From an uncultured Mycoplasmatota bacterium (GTDB taxonomy: Bacteria; Bacillota_I; Bacilli_A; RF39; UBA660), in the NCBI GenBank assembly GCA_946498975.1, contig CAMMQC010000004.1, forward strand, positions 1,950-65,949: 64,000 nucleotides of DNA. The letters run 5' to 3'. The notes below the pieces were generated by a model, which searched no databases, was not told the DNA's origin, and saw only the letters and a list, made by a program, of their open reading frames with translations. Of this stretch, positions 16,828 through 27,625 are shown piece by piece (the first letter of the stretch is position 1; every line of letters starts with the position of its first letter). The position numbers and the translations under genes are program-made.

Positions 16828-17778
16828 TTAATCATCTTCTCTTAGGTCAAGCCCTAATTCTTTAATTTTATCTAATACTTCTTTTAATGATTTCTTTCCT
16901 AAGTTACGGATTTTCATCATATCGTTTTCACTCTTATTAACTAAGTCTTGTAAGGTATGAACACCTGCTCTTTTTAAGCAGTTATATGCTCTTACTGAGA
17001 AGTCTAAATCTTCAATAGATGTTTCTAATGCTTTTGTCTTAGGATCTTCTGTTTTTTCTATCATCATACCACTTACATTAGAGATATCACTTAATTCTGT
17101 AACTAGTTTAAAGTGTTCAATTAAGATTTTAGCTGCTAAAGCGATAGACTCTTCTGGTTTAATAGAACCATTAGTCCATACTTCCATTACTAATTTATCG
17201 TAACTTTCATCTTGTCCAACTCTAGCGCTTTCTACTTCATATGAAACTCTTTCAATTGGAGAATAGATTGCATCCATAGCGATGAAACCATTTTTCTTAT
17301 CATCTTCTCTTAGATTAGAATCTTCACTCTTAACATAACCACGACCATTAGTAACAATCATAGTCATGTTTATTGAGCCACCTTTAGCAAGAGTAGCGAT
17401 AACATGATCTTTATTGATTATTTCAATATCACTATCTGCTTCAATATCTGCAGCTGTTACTACTCCTTCTCCTTCTTTCTTAAGAGTAATTATTTTTGTA
17501 TCTTCTGTATGATTCTTAACAACTACTCCTTTTAAGTTAAGGATAATTGTAGTTACATCTTCTATAACTCCATCCATAGTTTGGAATTCATGTAATACAC
17601 CATCAATTTTAACAGCACTAATTGCACTACCTGGTAATGATGATAACATTACTCTTCTTAAAGCATTTCCTAAAGTTGTACCAAAACCTCTTTCTAGTGG
17701 TTCTAGTTCAAATTTTCCATAGAAATTATTTTCTACATAATCAGTAATTTTATAAACTGGTTTTTCAAATTCTATCAA
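16828..17778 (-). CDS. rpoA: DNA-directed RNA polymerase subunit alpha
   Basis: The N-terminus '(M)IEFEKPVYKI' and the alpha-CTD 'LDFSVRAYNCLKRAGVHTLQDL' identify it. The track ORF (to 17853) overlaps rpsK. TTG 17778 sits behind the RBS AAGGGAGG and gives about 316 aa. Confidence 0.95.
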   Translation of the reverse strand: MIEFEKPVYKITDYVENNFYGKFELEPLERGFGTTLGNALRRVMLSSLPGSAISAVKIDGVLHEFQTMDGVIEDVTTIILNLKGVVVKNHTEDTKIITLKKEGEGVVTAADIEADSDIEIINKDHVIATLAKGGSINMTMIVTNGRGYVKSEDSNLREDDKKNGFIAMDAIYSPIERVSYEVESARVGQDESYDKLVMEVWTNGSIKPEESIALAAKILIEHFKLVTELSDISNVSGMMIEKTEDPKTKALETSIEDLDFSVRAYNCLKRAGVHTLQDLVNKSENDMMKIRNLGKKSLKEVLDKIKELGLDLREDD

Positions 17779-17797
17779 TTTATTAACCTCCCTTTTA

Positions 17798-18181
17798 TTA
17801 TCCACGAGGACGCTTTGGTGGACGGCATCCATTATGTGGAATTGGTGTAACATCAGTAATTCCTGTTACTTCAAGACCTGCTGTTTGAAGTGATCTAATT
17901 GCTGTTTCTCTTCCTGGTCCTAATCCTTTAACAAATACTTCTACTTTACGCATTCCCATATCATATGCAGCTTTTCCTGCTTGTTCTGCTGCCATACCTG
18001 CTGCGAATGGTGTTGATTTCTTACTTCCTTTAAATCCTAGTGCACCAGCTGATGCCCAACTTACAGTGTTACCTTCTTTATCAGTAATAGTAATAATTGT
18101 ATTATTAAAAGTTGCACCAATATGTACTACACCTTCAGGTATATTCTTTTTAACTTTTCTTTTTCTTGTTTTATAAGCCAT
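17798..18181 (-). CDS. rpsK: 30S ribosomal protein S11
   Basis: '[18 protein letters not shown]' and 'GCRPPKRPR' at the C-terminus. Confidence 0.97.
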   Translation of the reverse strand: MAYKTRKRKVKKNIPEGVVHIGATFNNTIITITDKEGNTVSWASAGALGFKGSKKSTPFAAGMAAEQAGKAAYDMGMRKVEVFVKGLGPGRETAIRSLQTAGLEVTGITDVTPIPHNGCRPPKRPRG

Positions 18182-18194
18182 AATAACCTCCTAA

Positions 18195-18560
18195 CTACTT
18201 TTTCTTGTTAGCTACTACTTTACCTCTACCCTTACGAGTACGAGCGTTTCTATTTGTTCTTTGACCTCTTACAGGTAATCCTTTTTTATGACGTGTTCCT
18301 TCATATGAATTAATTTCCATTTTAGTTTTGATGTTCATACTAACTTCACGACGTAGATCACCTTCAGTTGGATGTTTATTGATTTCATCTCTTAAAGCGA
18401 TTAACTCATCTTGAGTTAAATCTCCTGCTTTCTTAGTTGGGTCAACTTTAGCATTTTTACAGATTTTCTTTGCTAAACTTCTACCAATACCATAGATATA
18501 TGTAAGTGATATACATATATGCTTGTCATTTGGAATATCTACACCTTTAATACGTGCCAT
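18195..18560 (-). CDS. rpsM: 30S ribosomal protein S13
   Basis: It starts '[13 protein letters not shown]' and ends with the basic tail '[14 protein letters not shown]'. Confidence 0.97.
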   Translation of the reverse strand: MARIKGVDIPNDKHICISLTYIYGIGRSLAKKICKNAKVDPTKKAGDLTQDELIALRDEINKHPTEGDLRREVSMNIKTKMEINSYEGTRHKKGLPVRGQRTNRNARTRKGRGKVVANKKK

Positions 18561-18575
18561 AACTTCTCCTCCTTA

Positions 18576-18689
18576 TTAACCTTGTACTTGTTTGTGTTTT
18601 GGATTTTCACAAATTACTCTGATTTTACCTTTTCTTCTTACTATTTTGCATTTTGGGCAAATTTTCTTTACACTTGCTCTTACTTTCAT
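18576..18689 (-). CDS. rpmJ: 50S ribosomal protein L36 (absent from the ORF track)
   Basis: My own translation is [37 protein letters not shown] (37 aa). It is in the canonical position between infA and rpsM. Confidence 0.93.
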   Translation of the reverse strand: MKVRASVKKICPKCKIVRRKGKIRVICENPKHKQVQG

Positions 18690-18703
18690 TTTTATCCCTC
18701 CTA

Positions 18704-18919
18704 TTATTTACGATAGGTAATACGCCCACGTGTTAAATCATAAGGTGATAGTTCTAACATAACGGTATCCCCCGGTAAGATGCGAATGTAGTTCATTCGT
18801 ATTTTACCAGAAACGTGAGCTTCTACTATATGTCCGTTTTCTAGTTGTACTTTGAACTTACCACCTGGTATAATTTCTAGAACTTTACCTTCAACTTCAA
18901 TAACATCATCTTTAGCCAT
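18704..18919 (-). CDS. infA: Translation initiation factor IF-1
   Basis: 71 aa, '[13 protein letters not shown]...[18 protein letters not shown]...YRK'. Confidence 0.97.
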   Translation of the reverse strand: MAKDDVIEVEGKVLEIIPGGKFKVQLENGHIVEAHVSGKIRMNYIRILPGDTVMLELSPYDLTRGRITYRK

Positions 18920-18923
18920 TTTT

Positions 18924-19670
18924 TCACTCTCCTGTTAATATAATAACTCCATCATTAGTAACCCCTATTGTATGCTCAAAATGTGCTGATAATGAGGAGT
19001 CAACTGTTTTAACGGTCCAGTCATTATCTTCTATATAGATATCTGGACTTCCTAAAGTTAACATTGGTTCAATGGCAATAACCATGCCATCTCTAATTTT
19101 AGGTCCTGTTCCTTTAGTACCATAGTTTGGAACATCTGGTGCTTCATGAACACTAGTTCCAACACCATGTCCTACTAATTCTTTAACGACACCTAAGTTA
19201 TGTTCTGTTGCATATTTTTCAACGGCATAACTGATATCGCCTATTCTATTACCGACTTTCGCTTGTTTAATACCTTCATATAAAGCTTTTTCTGTATGTT
19301 CTAATAGGTATTTAGCATCATCAGTTACTTTACCTACTGTATAGGTCCATGCTGAATCGCCATGATAACCTTTATAACAAGCGCCAATATCTATTGATAT
19401 TATATCACCATCTTGTAGAACTCTATCACTTGGAAAGCCATGAACAACCTCATCATTAATACTTATACAAAGTGTTGAAGGAAATCCTTCATAACCTTTA
19501 AATGATGGTGTCGCTCCTTTGCTTCTAATAAATTCTTCGGCAAGTCGGTCTAACTCTTTTGTTTTGATACCAGCTTTAATATGGGGACGTAAATACTGAT
19601 GAGTAAGATAGACAATATGTCCAGCTTCTTTTAATAACTCAATTTCTCTTTTACTTTTTAAAGTAATCAT
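18924..19670 (-). CDS. map: Type I methionine aminopeptidase
   Basis: 248 aa with 'NDEVVHGFP', '[12 protein letters not shown]', 'GHGVG' and 'HFEHT'. Confidence 0.95.
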   Translation of the reverse strand: MITLKSKREIELLKEAGHIVYLTHQYLRPHIKAGIKTKELDRLAEEFIRSKGATPSFKGYEGFPSTLCISINDEVVHGFPSDRVLQDGDIISIDIGACYKGYHGDSAWTYTVGKVTDDAKYLLEHTEKALYEGIKQAKVGNRIGDISYAVEKYATEHNLGVVKELVGHGVGTSVHEAPDVPNYGTKGTGPKIRDGMVIAIEPMLTLGSPDIYIEDNDWTVKTVDSSLSAHFEHTIGVTNDGVIILTGE

Positions 19671-19673
19671 TCT

Positions 19674-20333
19674 TTACATCCCCTTTTTTAAAACGGCATC
19701 TATTCTTTTAGAAACTTCCTCAACTGAGTCATTTCCATTGATTACATATAATATACCTTTTTTAGCATAATAGTCAAGTAGTGGTTTAGTTTTTTCTATA
19801 TATAAATTATATCTATTCTTAAATGAAGTTATGTTATCATCGTTTCTTTGATATAATTTACCATTACATTTATCACAGATTGACTCTTGTTTAGGTTTCT
19901 CATTATCAGAATTTATGTTATAAACACTTCCACAGTCTTCACAGATTCTTCTTCCAGTTATTCTTTTCTCAAGTATTTCTTCAGAAATATCTAACTGAAT
20001 GACATAGCCTAGTTCTTGATTAAGACTATTAAGTATCTCATCATATTTATAGGCTTGCTCTATGTTTCTTGGAAAACCATCTAAGATATAACCATTTTTA
20101 CAGTCATCTTGTGATAAACGATTTCTTAGAAGTTCATAAGTAACTTCATCTTTTACTAAGCCTCCACTACTTAATACTTCAGAAATATATCTACCTAATT
20201 CACTATCTTTTTTAGCTTCTTCTCTTAAGATGTCTCCTGTTGAGATATGTGGTAGGTTATATTTCTTTTCTAAAATAGCACTTTGGGTCCCCTTACCTGC
20301 AGCAGGTGGGGCGATAAAAATTATATTTTTCAT
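19674..20333 (-). CDS. adk: Adenylate kinase
   Basis: The P-loop is 'APPAAGKGTQ'. The zinc lid is 'CEDCGSVY...CDKCNGKL'. It overlaps the secY stop by 4 nt. Confidence 0.96.
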   Translation of the reverse strand: MKNIIFIAPPAAGKGTQSAILEKKYNLPHISTGDILREEAKKDSELGRYISEVLSSGGLVKDEVTYELLRNRLSQDDCKNGYILDGFPRNIEQAYKYDEILNSLNQELGYVIQLDISEEILEKRITGRRICEDCGSVYNINSDNEKPKQESICDKCNGKLYQRNDDNITSFKNRYNLYIEKTKPLLDYYAKKGILYVINGNDSVEEVSKRIDAVLKKGM

Positions 20334-21592
20334 CTTCTACTATAACCCTTCTTATAATTTCTAGAAAGAAGACTTCCTTCTATTTGTTTATAAGTTTCTA
20401 GGGCAACTCCTACAACAATTAGTAATCCTGTACCTCCAATACTAACACTTGTTGGTAAACTTGTAAGTCTAGAGAATATTATTGGTAAGGCTACGATAAT
20501 TGCTAAGAAAACTGAACCTAGACAAGTTATTCTTGTTAATACTTTTGATAAGTAAGTTTTAGTTTCATTACCTGGTCTAATTCCTGGAATGTAACCTCCA
20601 CTTTCTTGAAGATTTTTAGCAAAGTCTTCTGGTTTGAAAACCATATAAGTATATACAAATCCAAATAGGAATATAAATATTACATAGATTATAAATCCTA
20701 CAGGTGTTGTATATGTTAAATAGTTTTGAACGAAAAGACTAAAGCTTTCATTATTTATTAAGCCTGCGATAATTCCTGGAATTGCCATTAAGCTTGATGC
20801 GAATATCACAGGTACAACCCCAGCGGTATTTACTTTAATTGGAACATAAGATGCGCTTTGTCCATATGTTGTTGATTTATTAGCATATTGAATTGGAACT
20901 TTTCTCTCTGCCATCTGTACGAAGATAACTCCAACGATGATAGCAAAGTAGATTATTGCAAATAGGATAAATTTAACTACTCCTAATGTTATTTCTTGAG
21001 TAGTACCATCAAATACTACTAATCCCTGGAAAGCATCAATAAACATCTGTGGTAGTGTGGCAATAATTCCTGCCATAATTATTAGACTTAAACCATTACC
21101 TATACCTTTTCTTGTAATTTGATCTCCTAACCAAAGTAGGAATGCTGTACCTGCTGTTAATACTACTGATATATAGATATATTCAGTGGCACTTGCACTT
21201 CTACCTAAGAACATAAATGAGAAGGCATAACCTTGTAAAAGTGCAAATAGTATTCCCATATATCTTGAATAGGTATTAATTTTTTGTCTACCTACATGTC
21301 CTTGTTTATTTAGCTCTTGGAAATAAGGAATTAGTTCTCCTAATAGTTGCATAACAATCGTTGCTGTGATATAAGGCATAACACCTAAAGCAAAGATTGA
21401 AAAGTTTTGTAAAGCTCCACCACCCATAGTATTAACTAATTCTAGGAATCCTAGGTTTTTAGTAATACTTTCAGTTCCTGGAACTTGAATAGTTGTTCCT
21501 ATTATAAATATTGCTAATGCTACTAAAGTAAAACCAATTCTTTTTAATAAATCTCTATTTGTAGGCTTAAATAATTGCTTCAATAGAGGCAT
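20330..21592 (-). CDS. secY: Preprotein translocase subunit SecY
   Basis: 420 aa with about 10 TM segments and 'GVMPYITATIVMQLL'. It is in the canonical position after rplO. Confidence 0.96.
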   Translation of the reverse strand: MPLLKQLFKPTNRDLLKRIGFTLVALAIFIIGTTIQVPGTESITKNLGFLELVNTMGGGALQNFSIFALGVMPYITATIVMQLLGELIPYFQELNKQGHVGRQKINTYSRYMGILFALLQGYAFSFMFLGRSASATEYIYISVVLTAGTAFLLWLGDQITRKGIGNGLSLIIMAGIIATLPQMFIDAFQGLVVFDGTTQEITLGVVKFILFAIIYFAIIVGVIFVQMAERKVPIQYANKSTTYGQSASYVPIKVNTAGVVPVIFASSLMAIPGIIAGLINNESFSLFVQNYLTYTTPVGFIIYVIFIFLFGFVYTYMVFKPEDFAKNLQESGGYIPGIRPGNETKTYLSKVLTRITCLGSVFLAIIVALPIIFSRLTSLPTSVSIGGTGLLIVVGVALETYKQIEGSLLSRNYKKGYSRR

Positions 21593-21593
21593 C

Positions 21594-22037
21594 TTAGATC
21601 ACCTCGGCTTTACTTCCTGATTCTTCTATTTTTCTTAATGCACTACTTGAAAATCTATGAGCTTCTATAGTTAATTTCTTTTCAAGTGTACCATTTCCTA
21701 ATACTTTAATTCCATCTAGTTGTTTTTTAACAATTCCTTTTTCTTTAAGTAATGCTGGTGTAACAACATCTCCATCATTAAATACATTTAAATCTGAAAG
21801 ATTAATTACGGCATATACTGTTTTAAAATCATGATTACTAAATCCTCTTTTTGGAAGTCTTCTATATAGTGGTAATTGTCCACCTTCGAATACTGGTGAA
21901 ACTCCTCCACCACTACGAGCATTTTGTCCTTTTTGTCCACGTCCTGATGTTTTTCCTGATCCTGAACCAGGTCCACGTCCTACTATCTTTTTACGGAAAG
22001 TAGCACCTTCATTTTTCTTTAATTCATGTAACTTCAT
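21594..22037 (-). CDS. rplO: 50S ribosomal protein L15
   Basis: '[12 protein letters not shown]...[19 protein letters not shown]'. Its ATG shares one nt with the rpsE stop (TAATG), so there is no room for rpmD. Confidence 0.96.
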   Translation of the reverse strand: MKLHELKKNEGATFRKKIVGRGPGSGSGKTSGRGQKGQNARSGGGVSPVFEGGQLPLYRRLPKRGFSNHDFKTVYAVINLSDLNVFNDGDVVTPALLKEKGIVKKQLDGIKVLGNGTLEKKLTIEAHRFSSSALRKIEESGSKAEVI

Positions 22038-22546
22038 TATCCTAAAATCTCCTCTACAGTTTTACCACGAAGTTTTGCAACCTCTTCTGGTGTTTTAATA
22101 CTCTTAAGACCATTTATAGCAGCATTTGCCATATTTAGTTTAGTTCTAGCTCCAAGAGATTTTGATACAACATCACGAATTCCAGCTAGTTCAAGGACAG
22201 CTCTTACACTACCTCCAGCAATGATACCAGTACCTTCTTTAGCTGGTTTTAACATTACTCTAGCAGCTCCACTTACTCCTATTACTTCATGAGCAATAGT
22301 TCTTCCATCAATTAATTCTATAGTAATCATATTCTTATTAGCATTGCTTATTGCTTTCTTAATAGCATCTGGTACTTCAAAAGCTTTACCTGTACCGATA
22401 CCAACATGTCCTTTACGATCTCCAACAACAACAACTGCTGAAAAACGACGTTGACGTCCACCTTTTGTAACTTTAACTACACTTTTAAGTTGAACGACTA
22501 GTTCTTCAGTTTGTTTTTCTTTGGCATCGTTTGTTTGTTTTTGCAT
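22037..22546 (-). CDS. rpsE: 30S ribosomal protein S5
   Basis: '[21 protein letters not shown]' and '[15 protein letters not shown]'. Confidence 0.97.
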   Translation of the reverse strand: MQKQTNDAKEKQTEELVVQLKSVVKVTKGGRQRRFSAVVVVGDRKGHVGIGTGKAFEVPDAIKKAISNANKNMITIELIDGRTIAHEVIGVSGAARVMLKPAKEGTGIIAGGSVRAVLELAGIRDVVSKSLGARTKLNMANAAINGLKSIKTPEEVAKLRGKTVEEILG

Positions 22547-22557
22547 ATTTACCCTCC

Positions 22558-22920
22558 TTAGAACTCTAGTCCATTTTCACGTGCAGCATCTGCTAATGCT
22601 TTAACACGTCCATGATAAAGATATCCACCTCTATCAAATACTACTTTTTTAATGCCAGCTTCGCTACATTTTTTAGCGATACTAACACCTACAGCAGTAG
22701 CTGCTTCAATGTTTGATTTATTCTTTAAATTTAAATCTTTATCTCTAGAAGAAGCAGATACTAAAGTAGTAGAACTCTCATCATCGATAACTTGTGCATA
22801 AATTGCAGTGTTTGATCTAAATACATTTAGTCTTGGAATCTCACTTGTTCCACATAAATGAGTTCTAATTCTAGCATGACGTACTTCTCTCATGCTATTT
22901 CTTGACTTTTTATTAATCAT
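22558..22920 (-). CDS. rplR: 50S ribosomal protein L18
   Basis: '[24 protein letters not shown]' and '[22 protein letters not shown]'. Confidence 0.97.
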   Translation of the reverse strand: MINKKSRNSMREVRHARIRTHLCGTSEIPRLNVFRSNTAIYAQVIDDESSTTLVSASSRDKDLNLKNKSNIEAATAVGVSIAKKCSEAGIKKVVFDRGGYLYHGRVKALADAARENGLEF

Positions 22921-22943
22921 ATATTTCTCTCCTTCCTACTAGC

Positions 22944-23474
22944 TTAAGCAGCTTTCTTTCCTTCTTTACGTCTAATATGTTCATCTTTATAGCGAATACC
23001 TTTACCTTTATATGGTTCAGGGCGACGTACTTTTCTTACGTTGGCAGCAAATTCACCAACTAAGGCTTTATCAATACCTTTAACTGTTATTTCTGTATTA
23101 GATGATGCTTCTACAGTAAGCCCTTCAGGTATAGTCATTTCTACAGGATGAGAATACCCAGCATTAATAGTTAATTTTTTACCACTTACATTGAAACGAT
23201 ATCCAACACCTACTATTTCTAGTCCCTTCTCATATCCTTTAGTTACACCTGTAATCATATTTTGAAGAAGTGCATTCATTGTTCCATGCATTGCTTTTAC
23301 TGCATCGCTTACTCTAGTTAATGTTATTTCATTATCTTTTTGTTCCATTGAAATACCTTTCAACATCTTTTGGCTCAAGCTTCCCTTTGGGCCAGTAACT
23401 GTTACGATTCCGTTTTCTTCAGTAACTGTTACTCCTGCGGGAACTTCAATTTTACGATTTCCAATACGGCTCAT
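22944..23474 (-). CDS. rplF: 50S ribosomal protein L6
   Basis: It starts 'MSRIGNRKIEVPAGV' and contains 'VGVGYRF' and 'PEPYKGKGIRY'. Confidence 0.97.
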   Translation of the reverse strand: MSRIGNRKIEVPAGVTVTEENGIVTVTGPKGSLSQKMLKGISMEQKDNEITLTRVSDAVKAMHGTMNALLQNMITGVTKGYEKGLEIVGVGYRFNVSGKKLTINAGYSHPVEMTIPEGLTVEASSNTEITVKGIDKALVGEFAANVRKVRRPEPYKGKGIRYKDEHIRRKEGKKAA

Positions 23475-23489
23475 TCAAAACACCTCCTT

Positions 23490-23891
23490 TTACCAAACAT
23501 AAGCTAAGACTTCGCCACCAAGTTTTTGTCTTCTTGCTTCTTTATCTGTCATAATTCCCTTAGATGTAGAAACTATTGCAATTCCTAGTCCATTTAATAC
23601 TACTGGAATTTCATCAGTTTTAGCATATACTCTAAGTCCTGGTTTAGAAATTCTCTTTAAGCCTGTTATTACTCTTTCTTTGTTTTCACCATATTTTAAT
23701 GTTAGAACGATTGTACCTTGTACATCATTTTTTTCTAACTTGTAATCTTTAATAAATCCTTCTTCTTTTAAAATTCTTGCTATTTCTAATTTTAATTTTG
23801 ATGAAGGAACTTTTACTTCTTCATAACGCATAGCGTTAGCATTACGAATACGAGTTAACATATCTGCAATTGTATCTGTAACTACAGCCAT
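23490..23891 (-). CDS. rpsH: 30S ribosomal protein S8
   Basis: '[13 protein letters not shown]' and the C-terminus 'GGEVLAYVW'. Confidence 0.97.
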   Translation of the reverse strand: MAVVTDTIADMLTRIRNANAMRYEEVKVPSSKLKLEIARILKEEGFIKDYKLEKNDVQGTIVLTLKYGENKERVITGLKRISKPGLRVYAKTDEIPVVLNGLGIAIVSTSKGIMTDKEARRQKLGGEVLAYVW

Positions 23892-23919
23892 CTTTTTTCC
23901 TCCTTTTCTTTACCAGTCT

Positions 23920-24105
23920 CTACCAACTTGATTTTTTAACGCCTGGTATTTGTCCTTTATAAGCCAATTCACGGAAGCAAATACGGCAGATTCCAAATTT
24001 ACTCATAACTGCATGTGGTCTGCCACAACGTGAACAACGTGTATATTCACGTACTTTGTATTTTGGCTTTCTACTTTGTTTTACAACCATACTTTTTCTT
24101 GCCAT
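23920..24105 (-). CDS. rpsN: 30S ribosomal protein S14, zinc-binding type Z
   Basis: 61 aa with the CxxC...CxxC motif '[23 protein letters not shown]'. Confidence 0.96.
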   Translation of the reverse strand: MARKSMVVKQSRKPKYKVREYTRCSRCGRPHAVMSKFGICRICFRELAYKGQIPGVKKSSW

Positions 24106-24118
24106 CTTTTACCCTCCA

Positions 24119-24655
24119 TTACTTTCTAAAAGGAAGTCCTAAACCTTTTAATAAGTCATAAGCTTCTTCATTAGTTTTAGCAGTTGTTACGAATATAATA
24201 TCCATACCACGTACTTTTACTATTTCATCATAGTTTATTTCACTAAAGATTAATTGTTCTTTAATACCTAATGTATAGTTACCACGACCATCGAAAGATT
24301 TTGGATTAACTCCTCTAAAATCACGAACTTGTGGAAGTGAGATAGAAATTAGTTTATCAACAAAGTTATACATGTTATCACTTCTAAGTGTTACTTTACA
24401 ACCTATCTTTTGTCCTTCTCTAATCTTGAAACCAGCGATTGATTTCTTTGCTTTTGTAACTACTGGTTTTTGTCCTGAGATTTTTTCAAGGTCTGAAAGC
24501 GCTGCATCTAATAATTTAGAATTTGTAGTAGCATCTCCAACACCCATATTGATAACAACTTTTTCTAGTTTTGGTACTTCCATTATAGATTTATAACCAT
24601 ATTTACTCATAAGAGCTGGAACTACTTCTTTATTATACTTTTCTTTTAATGTCAT
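24119..24655 (-). CDS. rplE: 50S ribosomal protein L5
   Basis: '[15 protein letters not shown]', '[15 protein letters not shown]' and '[10 protein letters not shown]'. Confidence 0.97.
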   Translation of the reverse strand: MTLKEKYNKEVVPALMSKYGYKSIMEVPKLEKVVINMGVGDATTNSKLLDAALSDLEKISGQKPVVTKAKKSIAGFKIREGQKIGCKVTLRSDNMYNFVDKLISISLPQVRDFRGVNPKSFDGRGNYTLGIKEQLIFSEINYDEIVKVRGMDIIFVTTAKTNEEAYDLLKGLGLPFRK

Positions 24656-24673
24656 TTATGTAACCTCCTTCCA

Positions 24674-24982
24674 CTAATCTAGTACTTCTTTAGATTTTGT
24701 ACTTATTCTTACTTTTTTTCCATTTTTGTCTGTTGTATGTCCGATTCTTGTGCCTTTTTTAGTCTTAGGATCAATTATCATTACATTAGAGGCATCAATA
24801 GGTGCTTCTATTTCAAGAATTCCACCTGAGTTATTTCCTGTAGGTTTTTGATGTTTCTTAACGATATGTACTCCTTCTACAATAACTTTATTTTCGCTTC
24901 TAAGTGTTTTGATGATTTTTCCTTCTTTACCTTTATCAGCACCACTTATAACAACGACTTTATCTCCAACTTTTAACTTCAT
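24674..24982 (-). CDS. rplX: 50S ribosomal protein L24
   Basis: 'MKLKVGDKVVVISGADKGKEGKI' (KOW motif). Confidence 0.96.
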   Translation of the reverse strand: MKLKVGDKVVVISGADKGKEGKIIKTLRSENKVIVEGVHIVKKHQKPTGNNSGGILEIEAPIDASNVMIIDPKTKKGTRIGHTTDKNGKKVRISTKSKEVLD

Positions 24983-24993
24983 AACTTTCCTCC

Positions 24994-25362
24994 TTATAGT
25001 ACTTCTTTCGCAAGACTTACTATCTTCATATAGTCTTTATCACGAAGTTCACGTGCTACTGGACCAAAGACACGAGTTCCGACTGGACTTTTATCATCTC
25101 TAATGATTACACATGCGTTATCATCAAATTTGATATAACTACCATCTTCACGTCTTACTCCTCTTTTGCTTCTTACGATTACAGCTTTTACAACTTTACC
25201 TTTAGGAAGTGGTGAATTTGGTATAGCATTTTTAACGGTTCCAACAACTACATCTCCGATATTTCCAGTTTTAACATGACTTCCTCCTAGCACTCTGATT
25301 ACTAATAATTCACGTGCTCCTGAGTTGTCTGCAACTTTTAATCTACTTTCTTGTTGTAACAT
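24994..25362 (-). CDS. rplN: 50S ribosomal protein L14
   Basis: '[28 protein letters not shown]'. Confidence 0.98.
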   Translation of the reverse strand: MLQQESRLKVADNSGARELLVIRVLGGSHVKTGNIGDVVVGTVKNAIPNSPLPKGKVVKAVIVRSKRGVRREDGSYIKFDDNACVIIRDDKSPVGTRVFGPVARELRDKDYMKIVSLAKEVL

Positions 25363-25387
25363 AGATTATCCTCCTTTACCTTAAGAG

Positions 25388-25648
25388 TTATAGAATAACT
25401 GCTTCTTTTACGATTTCTTTTAAGTAGAAATGTTTAGTTTTAGAAATTGGTTTTGTTTCAACGATTCTAACTACATCTCCTACTTTTGCTTTATTTGTTT
25501 CATCGTGTACACTGTATTTTTTAGATGATTTAACTCTTTTGTGATATTTTGGGTGCATTTTATGTGTTTCTACTAAAACTGTAATAGTTTTATTGTTTTT
25601 TGTACTAACAACTTTACCAACTAATTCATGTGTCATTTTCTTTTCCAT
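25388..25648 (-). CDS. rpsQ: 30S ribosomal protein S17
   Basis: '[20 protein letters not shown]...HPKYHKRV...YSVHDE'. An AGGAGG RBS precedes it. Confidence 0.96.
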   Translation of the reverse strand: MEKKMTHELVGKVVSTKNNKTITVLVETHKMHPKYHKRVKSSKKYSVHDETNKAKVGDVVRIVETKPISKTKHFYLKEIVKEAVIL

Positions 25649-25658
25649 AACTTACCTC

Positions 25659-25862
25659 CTAATCAACCTTTTCTTCTTTCTCACGTTCTTTTAAAACGGT
25701 TTTTAGTCTTGCTACTTGGTGTCTTAATTCTCTAAGGCGTGAAGGTTTTTCTAGGTTACCCATTGCTCCACTAAATCTTAAGTTGAATAGTTCTTCTTTA
25801 GATTCTTTAAGTTTTGCATTGATCTCTTCGTTTGATAATTCTCTAATTTCTTTAACCTTCAT
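25659..25862 (-). CDS. rpmC: 50S ribosomal protein L29
   Basis: '[30 protein letters not shown]'. The start is set at the ATG behind the GGAGGTG RBS. The track ORF extends to 25871. Confidence 0.95.
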   Translation of the reverse strand: MKVKEIRELSNEEINAKLKESKEELFNLRFSGAMGNLEKPSRLRELRHQVARLKTVLKEREKEEKVD

Positions 25863-26292
25863 TAGTAACACCTCCTGCTACTTTATCTTCTTTCTTTACA
25901 AATTTGCAAGTTATTGGTAATTTATGGCTTGCTAGTCTTAATGCTTCACGAGCTACTTCTTCAGAAACACCTGCTACTTCAAACATGATTTTTCCTTCTT
26001 TAACTACTGCTACCCATTCTTCAACATTACCTTTACCTTTACCTTGACGAGTACCGATAGGTTTTTTAGTTAGTGGCATATGTGGGAATATATTTATCCA
26101 TACTTTACCACCACGTTTCATATAACGAGTCATGGCAACACGAGCTGCTTCGATTTGATTTGCTGTAATCCATGCTCCTTCTTTAGCTTGTAATCCATAC
26201 TCACCAAAGTGTAACTCACGATTACCTCTTGATTTGCCTTCGTAAGGTAATCTGTGAACACGACGATATTTAGTTCTTGATGGTATTAACAC
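25852..26292 (-). CDS. rplP: 50S ribosomal protein L16
   Basis: '[14 protein letters not shown]' and 'RMGKGKGN'-type '[19 protein letters not shown]'. Confidence 0.97.
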   Translation of the reverse strand: MLIPSRTKYRRVHRLPYEGKSRGNRELHFGEYGLQAKEGAWITANQIEAARVAMTRYMKRGGKVWINIFPHMPLTKKPIGTRQGKGKGNVEEWVAVVKEGKIMFEVAGVSEEVAREALRLASHKLPITCKFVKKEDKVAGGVTNEG

Positions 26293-26293
26293 T

Positions 26294-26977
26294 CTAATTA
26301 CCTCCTTTAGCTTTTCTTTCTTTAGTATCTTTACTTACTTTATTCTTTGATGGTAGGATTTCGCCTTTGTAAATCCATACTTTTACACCAATTTTACCAT
26401 ATGTTGTATCTGCTTCACTTGTAGCATAATCAACATCTGCTCTTAATGTATGTAGTGGGATAGTTCCTTCTGTATATCCTTCACTACGAGCCATATCAGC
26501 ACCACCTAAACGTCCTGATACTTTTGTTTTGATACCTTTAGCTCCTGCTTTCATTGCATTTCTAATTGCACGTTTTTGAGCCATTCTAAATGATGCTCTA
26601 TTTGTAATTTGACTTGCAATTGAATCTGCAACTAATTGTGCATTAAGGTCTGCTTTCTTAATATCAACGATTGATATATTAATGTTTTCACCAACGACTT
26701 TTGATAGTTTATCCTTAAGTTTTGTAATTTCTTCTCCACCACGACCGATGATAACACCTGGACGTGATGTATGGATAGAAACTTCACATTTCTTTGGAGT
26801 TCTTTCTATTTCGACTTTGGCAATTCCTGCGTTTTTAAGATTTTTTTCAAGGTATTCTCTGATCTTAATATCATTTACTAATGTTTTAGATACTTCACCT
26901 TTAGGAGCATACCATTTAGCTTCCCAATCTTTGTTGATGCCAAGTCTTAGTCCGTTTGGATTAACTTTTTGTCCCAT
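26294..26977 (-). CDS. rpsC: 30S ribosomal protein S3
   Basis: It starts '[13 protein letters not shown]' and has the KH domain '[13 protein letters not shown]' and '[12 protein letters not shown]'. Confidence 0.98.
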   Translation of the reverse strand: MGQKVNPNGLRLGINKDWEAKWYAPKGEVSKTLVNDIKIREYLEKNLKNAGIAKVEIERTPKKCEVSIHTSRPGVIIGRGGEEITKLKDKLSKVVGENINISIVDIKKADLNAQLVADSIASQITNRASFRMAQKRAIRNAMKAGAKGIKTKVSGRLGGADMARSEGYTEGTIPLHTLRADVDYATSEADTTYGKIGVKVWIYKGEILPSKNKVSKDTKERKAKGGN

Positions 26978-26992
26978 TATAGTTCCTCCTTA

Positions 26993-27325
26993 TTATTTTG
27001 CAGCCACTACAATAACTATGTGACTTGTTCTTTTATCATTATGTCCGATGCGTCCACGTGAATCGAATAATACTCTTTTCATTACTGGACCAGCATCTAC
27101 ACGTGCTTCCTTTACATATAAATCGTCAGCTTCCATACCGTTATTATTAACGGCATTTGCTACTGCTGAATTTAAGACTTTCTTAGTAAGGCGAGCCGCT
27201 TTTTTATTTGTATTTTCTAATATTGCTAGAGCATCACTTACTTTTTTACCACGGATAGTATCAATTACTAAACGAGCTTTGATAGGTGATATTCTTTGCA
27301 TTTTAGCGATTGCTTTTGCTTCCAT
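26993..27325 (-). CDS. rplV: 50S ribosomal protein L22
   Basis: 'RISPIKARLVIDTIRGKKVSDALAIL' and 'RGRIGHNDKRTSHI'. Confidence 0.97.
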   Translation of the reverse strand: MEAKAIAKMQRISPIKARLVIDTIRGKKVSDALAILENTNKKAARLTKKVLNSAVANAVNNNGMEADDLYVKEARVDAGPVMKRVLFDSRGRIGHNDKRTSHIVIVVAAK

Positions 27326-27347
27326 TATTAACTCCTCCTAGTCTTTA

Positions 27348-27614
27348 TTATTTTTTGTCAGAGCCATGTCCACCATTTTTACGAGTTAAAGCAAATTCTC
27401 CTAATTTGTGTCCAACCATGTCTTCAGTAACATATACGGGGATAAATTCTTTACCGTTATGAACTGCAAAGGTGTGGCCGATAAATTCAGGAAAGATAGT
27501 AGAACGGCGTGACCAAGTTTTTATTACTTCTTTTTTTCCAGTTTCATTTAATTTTTGAACCTTTTTTAATAGTCTTGGAAATACATAAGGTCCTTTCTTT
27601 AAACTTCTAGCCAT
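27348..27614 (-). CDS. rpsS: 30S ribosomal protein S19
   Basis: It starts '[11 protein letters not shown]' and contains '[23 protein letters not shown]'. Confidence 0.98.
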   Translation of the reverse strand: MARSLKKGPYVFPRLLKKVQKLNETGKKEVIKTWSRRSTIFPEFIGHTFAVHNGKEFIPVYVTEDMVGHKLGEFALTRKNGGHGSDKK

Positions 27615-27625
27615 ATTTTATCCTC

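Noticed and set aside
17779-17853. The N-terminal extension of the rpoA ORF ([11 protein letters not shown]...), which overlaps rpsK.
   Set aside because: The extension overlaps the conserved C-terminus of S11. A strong RBS (AAGGGAGG) precedes TTG 17778, which yields the canonical RpoA N-terminus IEFEKP.
26682-27341. Plus-strand ORFs of 113 aa (26682-27023) and 97 aa (27048-27341), antisense to rpsC and rplV.
   Set aside because: They lie entirely inside highly conserved ribosomal-protein genes on the opposite strand. They have S/F/L/T-rich low-complexity translations and no RBS. These are typical antisense-frame artefacts in AT-rich DNA.
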